NCBI GenBank assembly: GCA_001949185.1
Contig: BDGG01000002.1
Location: forward strand, 3,655,826 to 3,719,825
Source: Ramazzottius varieornatus
Lineage: Eukaryota > Animalia > Tardigrada
Direction: 5' to 3'
DNA: 64,000 nt
Shown here: positions 39,701 through 51,436 of the stretch, piece after piece
Layout: the number at the start of each line of letters is the position of its first letter
Position numbering within the stretch: position 1 is the first letter of the stretch
Made by a program: the position numbers and the translations under genes
The notes under the pieces: model-generated
What the model saw: only the letters and a program-made list of their open reading frames with translations
What the model was told of the DNA's origin: nothing
Databases searched by the model: none

Positions 39701-40926
39701 ATATACTGTCATAACTTAGCCTCCCACTAGGCCATGGTATCGGTATAATATCCGCGATGCATATATTTTACAGAAGTGACGGTGTCTTTGGTGTGATGAG
39801 CCTATATTCTCAAGACCTTCGGATCAAGGGAACGACAAATCATAAGCCAACTGCGTACTAACCGCCTTGAATGACAGACAATCCGCGCGAAAAAAGTCAA
39901 AGGTGCGATCGACAAACGGCTGCTGCGGCCAATAATTACCGCTTTCTGAACAGATGTTTCGGCTTTCTCATGGACAACCTCATATCGATAGAATAACTGC
40001 AGGCGGTTCTTAGGGCAGATGTCCTTCAATTTCAATATCAGAAATAAAGATGTGCAATCAAGACCAGTCTAGTTGGACCAATCCTTCCTGACATTACTAT
40101 AAAAAAAATGCGAAACTTTTTCACCAAAGAACGCTAGAAACTAGTGTTAAAGCAATGAGCTGAACCTTACGAGCTGCAGGGATGACCCAAAGTAGCAAAT
40201 GTAAACATCATCAGCATAAATTAAGTATAAATTTCTGTTCGAGCGGAATATTTTATCTGAACATTAAGTTCAACGCAACATTTTCTCGATACAGTACACC
40301 ATTTTGGTAACTTAATCATGATCATGTACCGCGTCAAATGCGCCAACCACGTAGAGCTACCGCACTGCAGCATTAGCACATCACCAATCCACGCGAGTTC
40401 ATCTGGGCAACCATTATTAACTTAAACTGCTCTAATAATACGTCGCTGATATGAATTCAATATTAACTCAGTGATCATAAAAATCGAATTTTCGGTCATA
40501 TTAGTAGCGTCTGAGAAATACTACAGTCAATATTCCCTATTGTAAAAAAATCTTATGCGTATTTAGCGATCTACCTGTCTGTACACCGTCAGCTGGCTTC
40601 TCAAAAGCAGGATACCCGTTGGTCATAAATCCGTCTTGTTTGTAGCCATTGGGAAAGGGATATTGCTGTAGTTGATGCATGGCAGTATACTTCAGAAAGC
40701 TCTCCATGGCAGTCAAACCTTTGCTGCAAATAATTTGGAGCAGAGCATGGCATTGTCGGGGCTTGGTGCCTTCGTGCTGGACAACCTGTTGCTCCGCTGG
40801 TGTTAACGTTCCATTGTGGAGGAGTGCAGTTAATAAAAGTGGTAGATCGACATTTTGTAGTGCTCCAAGATTGTCCGGTAAGACAGCCGAATCAGATAGG
40901 GCTCCATTCATCGAGTCCATAATCAT
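36724..40926 (-). CDS. Predicted 5' exons of ZO-1, including a CARD-like exon (40926-40575, 37413-37059, 36811 or 36831-36724)
   Basis: The first exon encodes LPLLLTALLHNGTLTPAEQQVVQHEGTKPRQCHALLQIICSKGLTAMESFL, a CARD-like pattern. Splice phases are compatible through to the PDZ1 exon at 33167. Confidence 0.6.
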
Positions 40927-43584
40927 CAAGAGGAATTTACAATTATTGGAAAATATTCCAGTGGAATTAACTGGTCAGCGCAGATGCCGAAGCACGCATA
41001 TTCCGATATCGACTCTCTCAACTTTCATTCCCCTTCTAACTTTCTGTTCGTTCTCTTCACTGTTTGGTTTGTACAATCTCTCTATCGTCTGTACCCTGGT
41101 CTAGTCTCATGGCCGCACCTTCGGCGCAGTAATCTACCACTATGTTGGTCTGGTCTGCCCTGCTATACAAGCTTGCACTTGACATTCCAAGTCTCTCCAT
41201 CACTTCGTTGTGGTCTCGCTTATCTCAAAGAATCTGCTGGAAACACAATACTTTGCAGCCATTATACCTTGGCCAGCCTCTCTTGCACCTTCGCGCGGTA
41301 ATCGGCCCTGTGCCTAAAATGAAAGCGCTGGTGAGCTCCGTAGGCCGAATTCGCCTATTCGTCTCCCTGTGGCGCCGTCTGTGGAAAAAAACTGATACAC
41401 GCCGGAACGGGAAGTCGGGCTTCCTTTGTCCGCTGACCGTCGTCATTCTGAAAGAGATTTTCAGATGATCTCTCCTACTTTGGAAATTTGCTTAATGTAG
41501 GCATACACTTCTCCTCTGCCATAAGAACCGACGCGCGGAGCGACCCGCATGTTTGATTTTATAGTATATCTGAAGTGCGCTACTTACCGAGGAGTGGCTT
41601 TAAGTTTTCTTTGGGGGGAAATTGTGGGTCGATGCTAGATAACAAATTTTCAACGAATTTTCCAGTTTGTCGTGCTCGTCGCCGTGCGCTGGAACCCACT
41701 TTGGGGAATGGACACAACCGTCGGTTACCGAGTGACCTGATTGATATGAGTACTCACTGATACCGGTATCTGGAGACAGCCGAATTTCTGAACGCCGCTC
41801 TTATCGGTCCCGGGAGTTTTACCTTATGATGTTCGTTGGCTCAAAATGCACCCCATCTCCGAATCCGCATAATCAAAAAGCAATCTGGTGAAAAAATTCC
41901 AGCCAGAGAAACTGCAGTATTGAAGTATAATGGCCTTCACTCTGCAGTTCTTCGGCATAGACCCTTCAGTAAATTTCCGAAAAGCACTGCAAAGATTTCA
42001 AAGTTTCGCATATCGACCAAAAGTAACCTCTACATTAATTGGTTTTCTCGTTCCAGCCAAAGCCATGCAACAGCCTTACCCAAGCGTTCTCTATAGAGAA
42101 CTCCACCGGATAGTCCGAGCCCAGAGAAGCTTTTGAGAAAGGGCGGACACCGGGAGCTCCCAACGGCACGCGAATCTGTTATATTAGGGGCACGTCCAGC
42201 TTTCCGTCAATGGAAACGAGCATCTGCTTAAATCCCGGACGAACTCGAGCACGCAAGACTTCGTAATCGCTTCAGGCTTAAGGACTCTGCTCGCGATACT
42301 CCGTCGTCTTCTTGCTTCTTGGGCGGTTCCCTGATCGAAGGAACGCTAGCAAAACGTCTTACCCTATCTTTTTCCTGCTGGGAAAGGTATCATGGAATCT
42401 TGGTACACTTTGGATCCACGGAAGGGCAATCTGGATCCGTCGGTAAGGACTAACCGTCTCGTGGTATGAATCATTGAGTCGAGTGCTTGGTGTGCTGTAT
42501 CAGGTACAGAAGTATGACTTGTCCACTGTTTTCGAAGAGTAAAGTCGAAAATTGTTTTCTCCCGTTGGAGCCAAGTAATTCATCCCAAACCTTTTGCGAT
42601 ATGATTTAATATCGCTTAGCATTTGAAAACGTTCATGGATATCGAAATCACCGGTATTCGTCGAGCTGCAATTAAATCAGTTTAGTGAAAGTGGCTGTGT
42701 TGCGAAAGACCCGACACTTCGGGGAAAACAAATTTTCGAGCGGCCAGATCCCTTTGAAAACCTGATCACGCCTGCACAAAATATTTCGATGGTCGCTCTT
42801 TCAGAAGAACCATCAAGTTTTCTTTCGAAACATTCGCTGCCAGAGTTATCCGGGTGGAAACTTGGACACGAGTCCAAACACTAGAATTTTCCCTGTGAGC
42901 TGATCAACTTCGTGAAGCAACTTCGAAAACACGGTAAAGTCTGGTGCATCCACTGCACATCTCACCAGACCTTTTCGAGAAGTCGATGAGAGAGGAAAAA
43001 TTTAACTCCGAATACCTTCACTAAAGTGGCGCATTTTAAAGGTCGTTTTCACACCCGCAAAAATTATGATTCTTGTTTTCGAAAAACCAGAAGTCCCAAT
43101 AGGATAACTTCAGACTGCCGTCATGAAAAACCAACTCAGTTCTACACACTGATATGATTCGCTTTGAAATCGGTTGGGCAAGTAGCTGAGGACAAAAATT
43201 CGGAGAAACAGGAAAAAAATTCCCTTTTCTACTATAAACCCAACGTTCTCCTTCCGTTAGCAGCGTACGGACCTACTGTACTGTAGTTCTTGCTGTGAAA
43301 AATGAGGACTGTTGGTGGACAACTTTCAACGTGAAGCAGAAGAGAAAAGATGAAAATCTCGGTCGCAATAAATTTCCAAATGTGTTCCCTCGAAAAGGGA
43401 CAAAACATTCTTCCTCATCTGATAGTGAGGCAGCATCGTCGGTGTTGCAGATGTTGCTGGCACCGTCGTAACTCCCGAAATACGAACCAAAATGACACAG
43501 CGCGACAATGTCAAAGATAGGGCTGCTGATGGTGCAGGGAGCTCATTATGCCGAGAATGGAGGTTCTGGATGAGCTATAATGTA

Positions 43585-44323
43585 CAGGGCGCTCGCACCA
43601 ACTTGCTACCACCCATGAGAGCATGGTTTTTTCGACGGGATCATTACTCAACTCTCAAATCAAATTTTCCTGGTCTGGCATCCTGTTTGCAACCTGGTAA
43701 AAAAATACCGACCAGAAATCTTTTCTGAAGGAGTCGTAACCGACATTAAGCTGAAGCAGGAGAAAAGCCAAAGTCCATCAACTTTCGCAGTTTTTGGGGT
43801 AGTTTCCAAAAACTAGTTTCTCAGTTTTCCGTTCAAGTCATGCGGCACTATGATTCAAGGCAGTTAGATCACGAGCTGGGCTACTCGAAAAGTCATCAAA
43901 ACCATGAATCTGATGATCAGGTCAAAAGCGAGAATGTTTTTCAAAGAGCAAGGTTTCCCGGCAAAAAGCCGAATTTGCTGTTTAAAATTTATTTGCTGAA
44001 TTATCTTGATGTTCCCGTGGATCTTTTTAAATTTCACGTAGAAACAAGACAGTTGTTGGACTATTGATAGTAGATGTCGGATCGAAACTCTAACATGGCG
44101 TTCTGTGGACAACAGTTTTGGACGTTACGATAGGTCTTCCCCACCAGAAGTCACACTGGTCAAATTTCTCAAGCTGCTGTTGAGTATTATGAAACGGTTC
44201 ATAGTTCAACCGAAACAGCTTGAAAAGTTGTATGGATTGTGTACAAGAACAGGCGGGAAAGCAGCAATCTGATTTTTTCCTCGTGGAAATAACAGGTGGT
44301 AGCAAGTTGGTGCGAGCGCCCTG
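43585..44323. mobile_element. Tc1/mariner-type non-autonomous element
   Basis: Perfect 29-bp TIR cagggcgctcgcaccaacttgctaccacc with TA on both flanks. No transposase ORF. Confidence 0.9.
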
Positions 44324-44613
44324 TAAATGCGCTTTTGGACAGTATGAGAAAAACCACGTATAGTGGTGTTGTTTCTGATTGCTGAACTGTTTGGACGACT
44401 GTCACCTACTCGTACAGTGAGGTTTCTGTAACCAGTATAAAAGGATTGACAAAAACTAGCTGAAAACACTTTTTATGTCGAAAAACGACACAACTTTGGG
44501 CAAAGGATGGGAACGTTAGGATGAACTAAAAACTGTGACCGTCGATCCGGAAGTGTCAGCTGATAAGATATAGTACCCGCAAGATTAACCTGGCCATGAC
44601 GAGCATTCAAGTT

Positions 44614-45598
44614 TCAATCACCTGTGCGACCTTTGAGTCCTCCTTTCTGCTTTGCTTGAATCTACACAAAAGACAATTAGTGAAACGACGAAGCGTTAGC
44701 TCTAGACTAGATAATCGTAGGCAACTGCACACCTTTGTTCACACTTCGGCTTTAGGTGGAGGTTACACGTGTCTGATCGTGAAAATCAAGTCTCTTACCT
44801 TTTCTTTCAGCTTCGCGATCGCCTCCTTGCGTTTCACGATCTTCTCCTCTAATGCCGCTTTTTCTTCCTCGAGAGCCTTCACTTCATATTCGACAGGATT
44901 GAACTTCGTGGAGTAAGCGATGGTTCCTCGGAATCTAGACGAAAAGAACAAGATTCATAGAGAACTGTCCTACCAAAAGAGAATACAAGCTCAGAATTCC
45001 AACAGGTTTCCACTCACGCTTCCAGAGTTTGGGGAGCCCCTTCCGACACATGGGTGCGAACCAAGACTGGAAGAAGAAGATAACAAATGCCTCAAAATCA
45101 CGTTGGTCAATTTTCAAGTCACACAGCTATGGCGGGAAACTGGAAATTACTTTTGGTCAACAGATCCAGAACTCCACTGTGTTCCAAGCGTTCGCGTCGT
45201 TGCTCTCGGCTCTTGTACAGTCCCTGAAATTTCAAAAGTTAAAAATTCATAGAAAACGTTTTTAGAAATCTACGAAGCAAGACGAGAAAGTCTCGATCGT
45301 TTTCACAGACCTGGAGGTCTTCTGGAGGTCGGACGGTTGAAACTGACGCTTCTGGTGACTTCTGGATGGCGTTCATTCCCCACTGGCCCATCTTCTCCTC
45401 TCCAGCGTTTCCGTGTTCCATGTTGTCCAAGAGGACCTCGTCGAGCTGAGACTGGATGCGGGAGCTGGAGACGGGCTCATTCAACGTGGCTCGTATGTTG
45501 GACTGCAGACCTAACCATTCCTCGTTTGACAGCCAGCTTGCAAAACGGCCACGGCCTTCTTCCCGCTGCTCACAGTCGGAGCTTCCGCTTGAAGCCAT
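44614..45598 (-). CDS. c-Myc-binding protein (MYCBP/AMY-1)-like with N-terminal extension, 5 exons
   Basis: Phase-consistent splicing gives ...PPEDLQ|GLYKSREQRRERLEHSGVLDLLTK|ILVRTHVSEGAPQTLE|AFRGTI...EVKALEEEKAALEEKIVKRKEAIAKLKEK|IQAKQKGGLKGRTGD*. This resembles MYCBP SKREQFRRYLEKSGVLDTLTKVLV followed by a coiled coil. Confidence 0.72.
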
Positions 45599-47343
45599 GA
45601 CTGTACCGAGAAACTGAAACAGTGAAATCGCGGGAAAGCGGTAAGTGGTCGAGTACAAGAGCTTTACTGTAAAATCGGGCTGTGGGCGAAGTTCCTTAGG
45701 AGTCTGGGGTCACGGCGTGGAGGCACCACGGGTCGGCTAGGGCCGGAAATGGTGGAAAAACGACCACCCTAAACGGCTCTGATATACAAGAGGTGGAAAT
45801 TCCCATCCTGGAAGAACAGGGTGGGAACGGCAGGATGGAAAAGCTGGGAGTAAGTGATAGGGTGGGAATACCGGTTTTCCGTGAGATCAGACCCGGAAAC
45901 CACAAGTTCTTTAAAGTTCCTGGTGTCTAGTTGAAGGTTGCCCAGTTAACCACCTCATTTGTACCCTATAGGGTGATGACTGTCCATAGCTGTGGCCCGT
46001 CCTCCCTCTCTTTAGAAACAGAGTCAAGCCGTTTGGATTACCTCTATCTGCAGCAACGGTCATGGGGTCGACAAATTCAGCATATTCTTTTTATGTGCGC
46101 GACACGAATAAAATACGGGACTGCAGAATTACTGCGACTCTGGTTTCAGTAGTTGAAACAGAAGCTGTAACATGATCCGAAAGGTGCACGAAACTTCAAA
46201 AGCTATGGACGGTGGTATTAAGATCGAGTTTGCTGTTACGCGAAACGACACCGCTGCTGCTCAACGCCATCCTCTGCGAAGTTTCGCCACTACCACGGCT
46301 CCCATTTTCAAACCGCATCAGAATTTCCGACTCCATATTAGCGCGAAAAACAGCTTCGATGCCCGACCCGCCAGTGCGGAGGCCCACCAAAGTTTTCTGA
46401 TTTGTTCACGGGAAAGAAATTATGGCTACTCTTGAGTTACCTACCAAAGCTGTTCGGTGATACACCGCTGACATTGTGAAGTTTGATTCCATAAGCAGAG
46501 TCATAATATTTCGACAGTGGTGCTTTAGACATATGTCGCGGCACGGCACAAGAACAATTACACTCCAAAACATTTTCCTACAACTGAGTAGCTTTACAAC
46601 ACGCGTTCCCTGGTTTCGCGTTCGCATACTTCCCATCTTCATCAAAATATCAGGTCTTGAGATATCACTTTGCGGTTTTCGACCGACCACTTTCAAACAT
46701 TTTCTCAGACTTCATAGAGCGACCTTCTAGACTAGAAGTTTCATTGTGGCTCGCGATGCGCCACACATCTCGCCTCGATCTCCAGCGACCACGCACACCA
46801 AAAGAGATGCTTGGAGTTTCCCCATAGTTTTTCCAACGCTTCAAAAACAAAGGCTAAGCAAGAAGAGAAGAGCGAATGAGGAATGCATTTCCCGCATTTG
46901 GTTCAGAAGGCAACAAAGCTATGGCATTGCATGAAGCGGGAGGTACTACGCAGTACAGTTAAGGGTTGACAGCGAGAGAGGGATGGCTTTTCGTTATATT
47001 CTTATGAACAGATTTTGCAGTTCTCATAAATATTCCTCATTTTGAAAGAAAGTAATCAAAATTTCTGCTGTTCTAGAAACGGTAGATTGTATTTATCTTT
47101 GTGCTTTAATACTTTACCTTAGTTTCATAGTGTTGGAAAGGCGTTCCGTTTTACTGCGTCAAAACTGCTCGTGGTTTGGTCATCGCCGGCTCAGTCGACG
47201 GAAAGAAATTGCGCTAACTTCTGAAAAATTTACAGTTTTATGTGTCGTTAAACTAATTTTATTCTGAGAAAGCATTCCGGTAAAATAATCAGGTGTGCAA
47301 GCAGGCCATCGGTCATGCGGAAACGCACTCCAGCACACAAGAT

Positions 47344-48287
47344 CAGTGTTGTTCCGATTATTATAATACATAATTGAAAACGGCTGGTTTTGGCCTTTTT
47401 TGAATTCCGATAAAACAATTCAAATTGGTAACCTTTTGCTAACGTATTTGGATATCAATCGGATTTCAAATTCAGATGGGAAATGATCAAAGTATTTTAG
47501 TTTGTGATTCGAATCACACAATGGCTTGATTGAAACAAGCACAATTGGAATAAGACACTACGGTCGATTTGAATTGGCGCATTATTACCGCAAAATCACA
47601 AGTTTAAGTTTGCCAGTTGAATCTACAACTGTCAGCATCAAGCCCGCAGTGCAATCCGCCAGTTTTGCCTCTAAATTCAGGACATTCAGAGACCAGCACA
47701 TCGCGGCTTATTTTCGTGGTCTGCCTCTCACGACTGCGTGTCACTAATCGTTGATTTGATGGGCAGATGAATTCGCATAAGTTTCGCCGGAAGTGAAACC
47801 ATAGAATTTTCGAGTGAGTTTGTGAAACGCTCAGAATTCGTCGCTGATCCATCATTTAAGATTCACCTTTCAATCATCGTCAAGGATCAGAACGACGGAA
47901 AGCGAGAGTCCGATGGCATAAGATGGGTAAGAAGCCTTTGTTGAGCACGTCTCCAAAAGAATTCGTCGTGGACTTGAATCCTCCGAGAATCCCGTGCCTT
48001 CACCGTCATCGTCTGCAATGAGCTGAGCATTTCTGTTGGAACTCCAAACGGTGGAGTCCCAAATGTAAAGACGTCTGCAGGGGGAAGGAAGAAGGTCATA
48101 CTATACTGCAAATTGGAATCACCAAACGACGTCGTAATAATTCATTGCTGTCGGAAGTTGAATTCCGATTAGTCGTAATCTTCAGTCCAGTAACGACGAA
48201 CTACCGGCAATTCGAATTAGGGCTACGGAAAGAATTTCGATTAATCGTAATTGTAATTCAAACTGCAAAAGTCTTATCGGAACACTG
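47344..48287. mobile_element. Probable degenerate hAT-type non-autonomous element
   Basis: Termini cagtgtt(gtt)ccgat / atcggaacactg, near-identical 8-bp flanks cacaagat / cccaagat, and subterminal gtaat/gaatt repeats. Confidence 0.5.
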
Positions 48288-48361
48288 CCCAAGATAAATA
48301 ACCGAACACAGGTAACTCAAATACACCACAGCCTGCCTTATCGCAGAAAATGAATACTGTA

Positions 48362-48506
48362 CACGCGCCTGGCTTAAATGTGGGGAACAGAGTGAAAACG
48401 AGTGTGCTGCAAATGATTTAGTTTATTGATCAACCACAGCTGGCCCGTGTCGCTTTCGCTCCGTTCCCCACATTTTTGTCCATCCCACATTTAAGCCAGG
48501 CACGTG
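48362..48506. mobile_element. 145-bp MITE with TA TSD
   Basis: TA-cacgcgcctggcttaaatgtggg ... cccacatttaagccaggcacgtg-TA. Confidence 0.8.
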
Positions 48507-48750
48507 TACGTACCAGGGAGAAAAATTCCATCCCAAAAAGTCATTGTAGAATAGTGTTGTATTTAGTTTCGGTCCCATATTTAGTCTCAGTTTTCGTCGA
48601 ACTGAATCGCGTTTCGTCTCTTTGTATATCAGTCTCGTTGGACGGGACTGCTATAGGCCAGTTTTGATATCAGTCTCAGTTAGACTATTCCAATTCAGTC
48701 TCACGATATATCTTTTTCAGTCCCGAGACTGAGACTGATACGTATGGGAT

Positions 48751-49724
48751 GTCAGTTTCAGTCTGTGGGACTAACAAGGGAACCTCCGAAGACGCTCTCT
48801 TTGAATTCCTTGGTTGTTGTTTTTTAATAGACAGGAGGTCCACAGGTACCTTTTATTCAGCATGGTGATCGGCGGAACTACACTTCCAAAGTTCTAAAGA
48901 ATTCCAAGACGTGCTGTATAAAGGGATGTTAATTAACCAACCGACGACGGATACATCCGGATATATCCGGTTAAAAGACGGATTGGATAAGCATATTAAC
49001 CATCTGCTTATTAGTCGAATAAAGCTCTTAACCAACCGGATAGGATCCGGATAACGTCCGTATCCAACCAGATTTCACCCGGTTGATGAGCTTCGAATCA
49101 ATCAGAAAATCAAAGCAACATGCTGTAGGTTACGAGCTGTAGTCTGGCAGCCGACGGGTCTTGGACTGACTGGCTCAAAATTCGTTTTGTTACGCAATCT
49201 CCTAATTAGCAACCGCACCAGAAGTCAGCGTTAAATACTGTATCTGTTCCTACTGCACCGTTACAGTATGTCGGCTTCCTCCACTTCCGGAATTCTAAAC
49301 TGAGCAAAGGTTCGACAGCTTCGACTCACAGCTAAAAACTGACGAGAATCTTTAACCGGAATTTTAACCGGATAATATCCGGATAATCCGGATAAAAGTT
49401 TTAACCAGAGAGCTGGATAAGGATGAGTTTGTTGACCAACCACACTGTATCCGGATAAAGTTTTATCCAACCGCTTATCAAACCGCTTATCAAACCGCTT
49501 ATCAAACCGCTTATCCAACCGTTTAACCGTTTAACGAACCATTAACATCCCTAGCTGTATACTCGTTCTGGGGTCGTTAGATTTTGGGAACAGGTATTCC
49601 GCCGATTATGGTGCTTCATAAAAGGTACCTGGAAACCTCCTCTATCGTTTAGAAGACGAAAACTAGAAGACTCTAAGAAAGCGTCTCCGAGGTTTCCTTG
49701 TTAGTCTCACAGACTGAAACTGAT
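48751..49724. mobile_element. Foldback element (outer member of a nested pair; true ends may extend to ~48560-49830)
   Basis: tcagtttcagtctgtgggactaacaagggaacctccgaagacgct (~48751-48796) is inverted at ~49680-49724, and weaker inverted similarity continues inward. Many flanking cagtct/ttcagt repeats. Confidence 0.7.
48921..49553. mobile_element. hAT (Ac/Ds-like) non-autonomous element nested in the foldback
   Basis: TIR (t/a)agggatgttaat / attaacatcccta, perfect 8-bp TSD gctgtata (48913-48920, 49554-49561), subterminal ccggata/aaccg repeats and a 12-bp tandem aaccgcttatca about 4 times. Confidence 0.88.
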
Positions 49725-51436
49725 ATCTTTCGGAAACCAGTTTCAGTCCCAACATATCAGTATCAGTCTTTCGAGCGTTAAGTTTCAGTCTTCGTGTTGC
49801 CAATTCAGTCCCTACTGTTTCAGTTTCCTGTTATGGATCAGTCAATCAAGCGATCACAACCCGCACAATTGAAACGATTTTAATTATTAAAATCGATCTT
49901 CTATGATAATCATTAAGATAACACTGGTTGGTACAATCTGTAGTATCCCGAACGACAACCCGAGATTAACGAAAAATCCTAGAGAAAGCCCGGTGGAGTG
50001 GTCTGCCAGAATGCAATAAAGTTTTCCTCGTTTTTACCGTAACGTCTTTCAGGGAGCTTCGCGTATTTGAGGGGGCCGAACGTGTCACGAGCCTCAAGAG
50101 TGTCCTCGGTCCAACTCTTCGCAATTCTGTCTATAACAACTCGCGTAAGACGATATGTGTTGTTATTTGGCCGAGGAAGGTACTTCCGGAATAACAAACA
50201 GATTGATAGGTTAACACCTTGGGCACTGCGCGATTTCGTGCTTTCAGAATACGATGCGGGAAAGTCACTTTCGCCTTGTTTTGACTGGTTAAAACTTGGG
50301 GGCGGTACCAAATTAGACCAATCACCACCTCATCGACTGGCCAAATTTTTGGAACATGATGTAGAGTGCGCCACCTGCCAACTCAAAACGGCCAGGCTTC
50401 AAAGTTATTTTAATGACCACTGGTCAGATCTTTCCACGAATCTGAAATTGTCACAACATACTATAATGTTTGGGCTCGCGCAACAATTGCTCTGGTGAGT
50501 CTGGACTAACTGAGAGCCTGGCTGGAAAGTAATTTGCTGGCTACGCCGAAATCTCGTTAAGAAAGGAAAAAAATTCCACACAGGTTTGCAGAGCCAGTGT
50601 CTAGTAGCCGCTGGTTTTAGTTAAAAGAAGGGTTGATTGTCCGGGCAGACGGAAAAAAACGGGGAGCAAAAGGTAAACTGAGAACTCGCTACGCACAAAT
50701 GATTGTGCGCCGGGAAAGTGAGTTTCGCGCCCCGTGCTCAAGGTGTAAAGTCGCATGGTGATATTCAAGACTTCGAGAGGTAGGAGGAGTCAAGCTAGAG
50801 CTGTCAAAAACCAGACCAGACCACTTGAAACCATTTTCATTTAACCGATTTGGCATGCAAACCACCACGTAAACCAAACCAAATCATATGGTTCAAACCA
50901 TTAAGAGCTCTACCTTGGACATAGCGTTTGCGTCGAAATCAAAGTTGCTTGACTGTCAAGCAACTTTGATTTTGACGCAAACGCTATGTCCAAGGTATTC
51001 CTTTGCTTTCTCAGAAATTTTCATGCAGAGCTCCCGCAGTACAGCCACTATCATCGTCGATGGCAGGCTGGCAAACATCACTCGTCTCTTGTCTTTCCGC
51101 GCCATGGTTCTGGAGGGATGCATTGTGGGTCAAGAAAGTTCAGCCGAAAGATGGCGGCCCTGGGCCGGTGCTGGGTTAGTGGGCGAACCCCGGCGCTTTG
51201 GTACAACCCATGGACAGGCACGACCCTTAGCCAAATTGCCCATCAAGGCCGTGTTGGCTGGGACGGGTCGTCCTCATGCCCGTTTGCTGGGGCGGGTGCT
51301 CCGTCCTCATGCCCGTCTGAAATTCAGATTTTTCCATTTTGTTTCCGCACGAATTTTCAAATCGAACCTCGTGGGGATCGTCAATTGCTCTGTTTGGTGA
51401 TTGTTCTAAACTCTCAAGGTGTTCGAGATAGACTTC

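Noticed and set aside
43450-43480. SYDGASN peptide on the - strand resembling a hAT transposase motif
   Set aside because: Only 7 residues, and the flanking translation shows no transposase similarity.
49465-49520. 12-bp tandem repeat giving a DKRF-repeat ORF; considered as CRISPR-like or coding
   Set aside because: There are no spacers; it is a subterminal repeat of the hAT element in a eukaryotic context.
50796-50911. tagagct...agctcta ends with internal aaacc repeats
   Set aside because: The inverted repeat is only 7 bp with no matching TSD, too weak to call an element.
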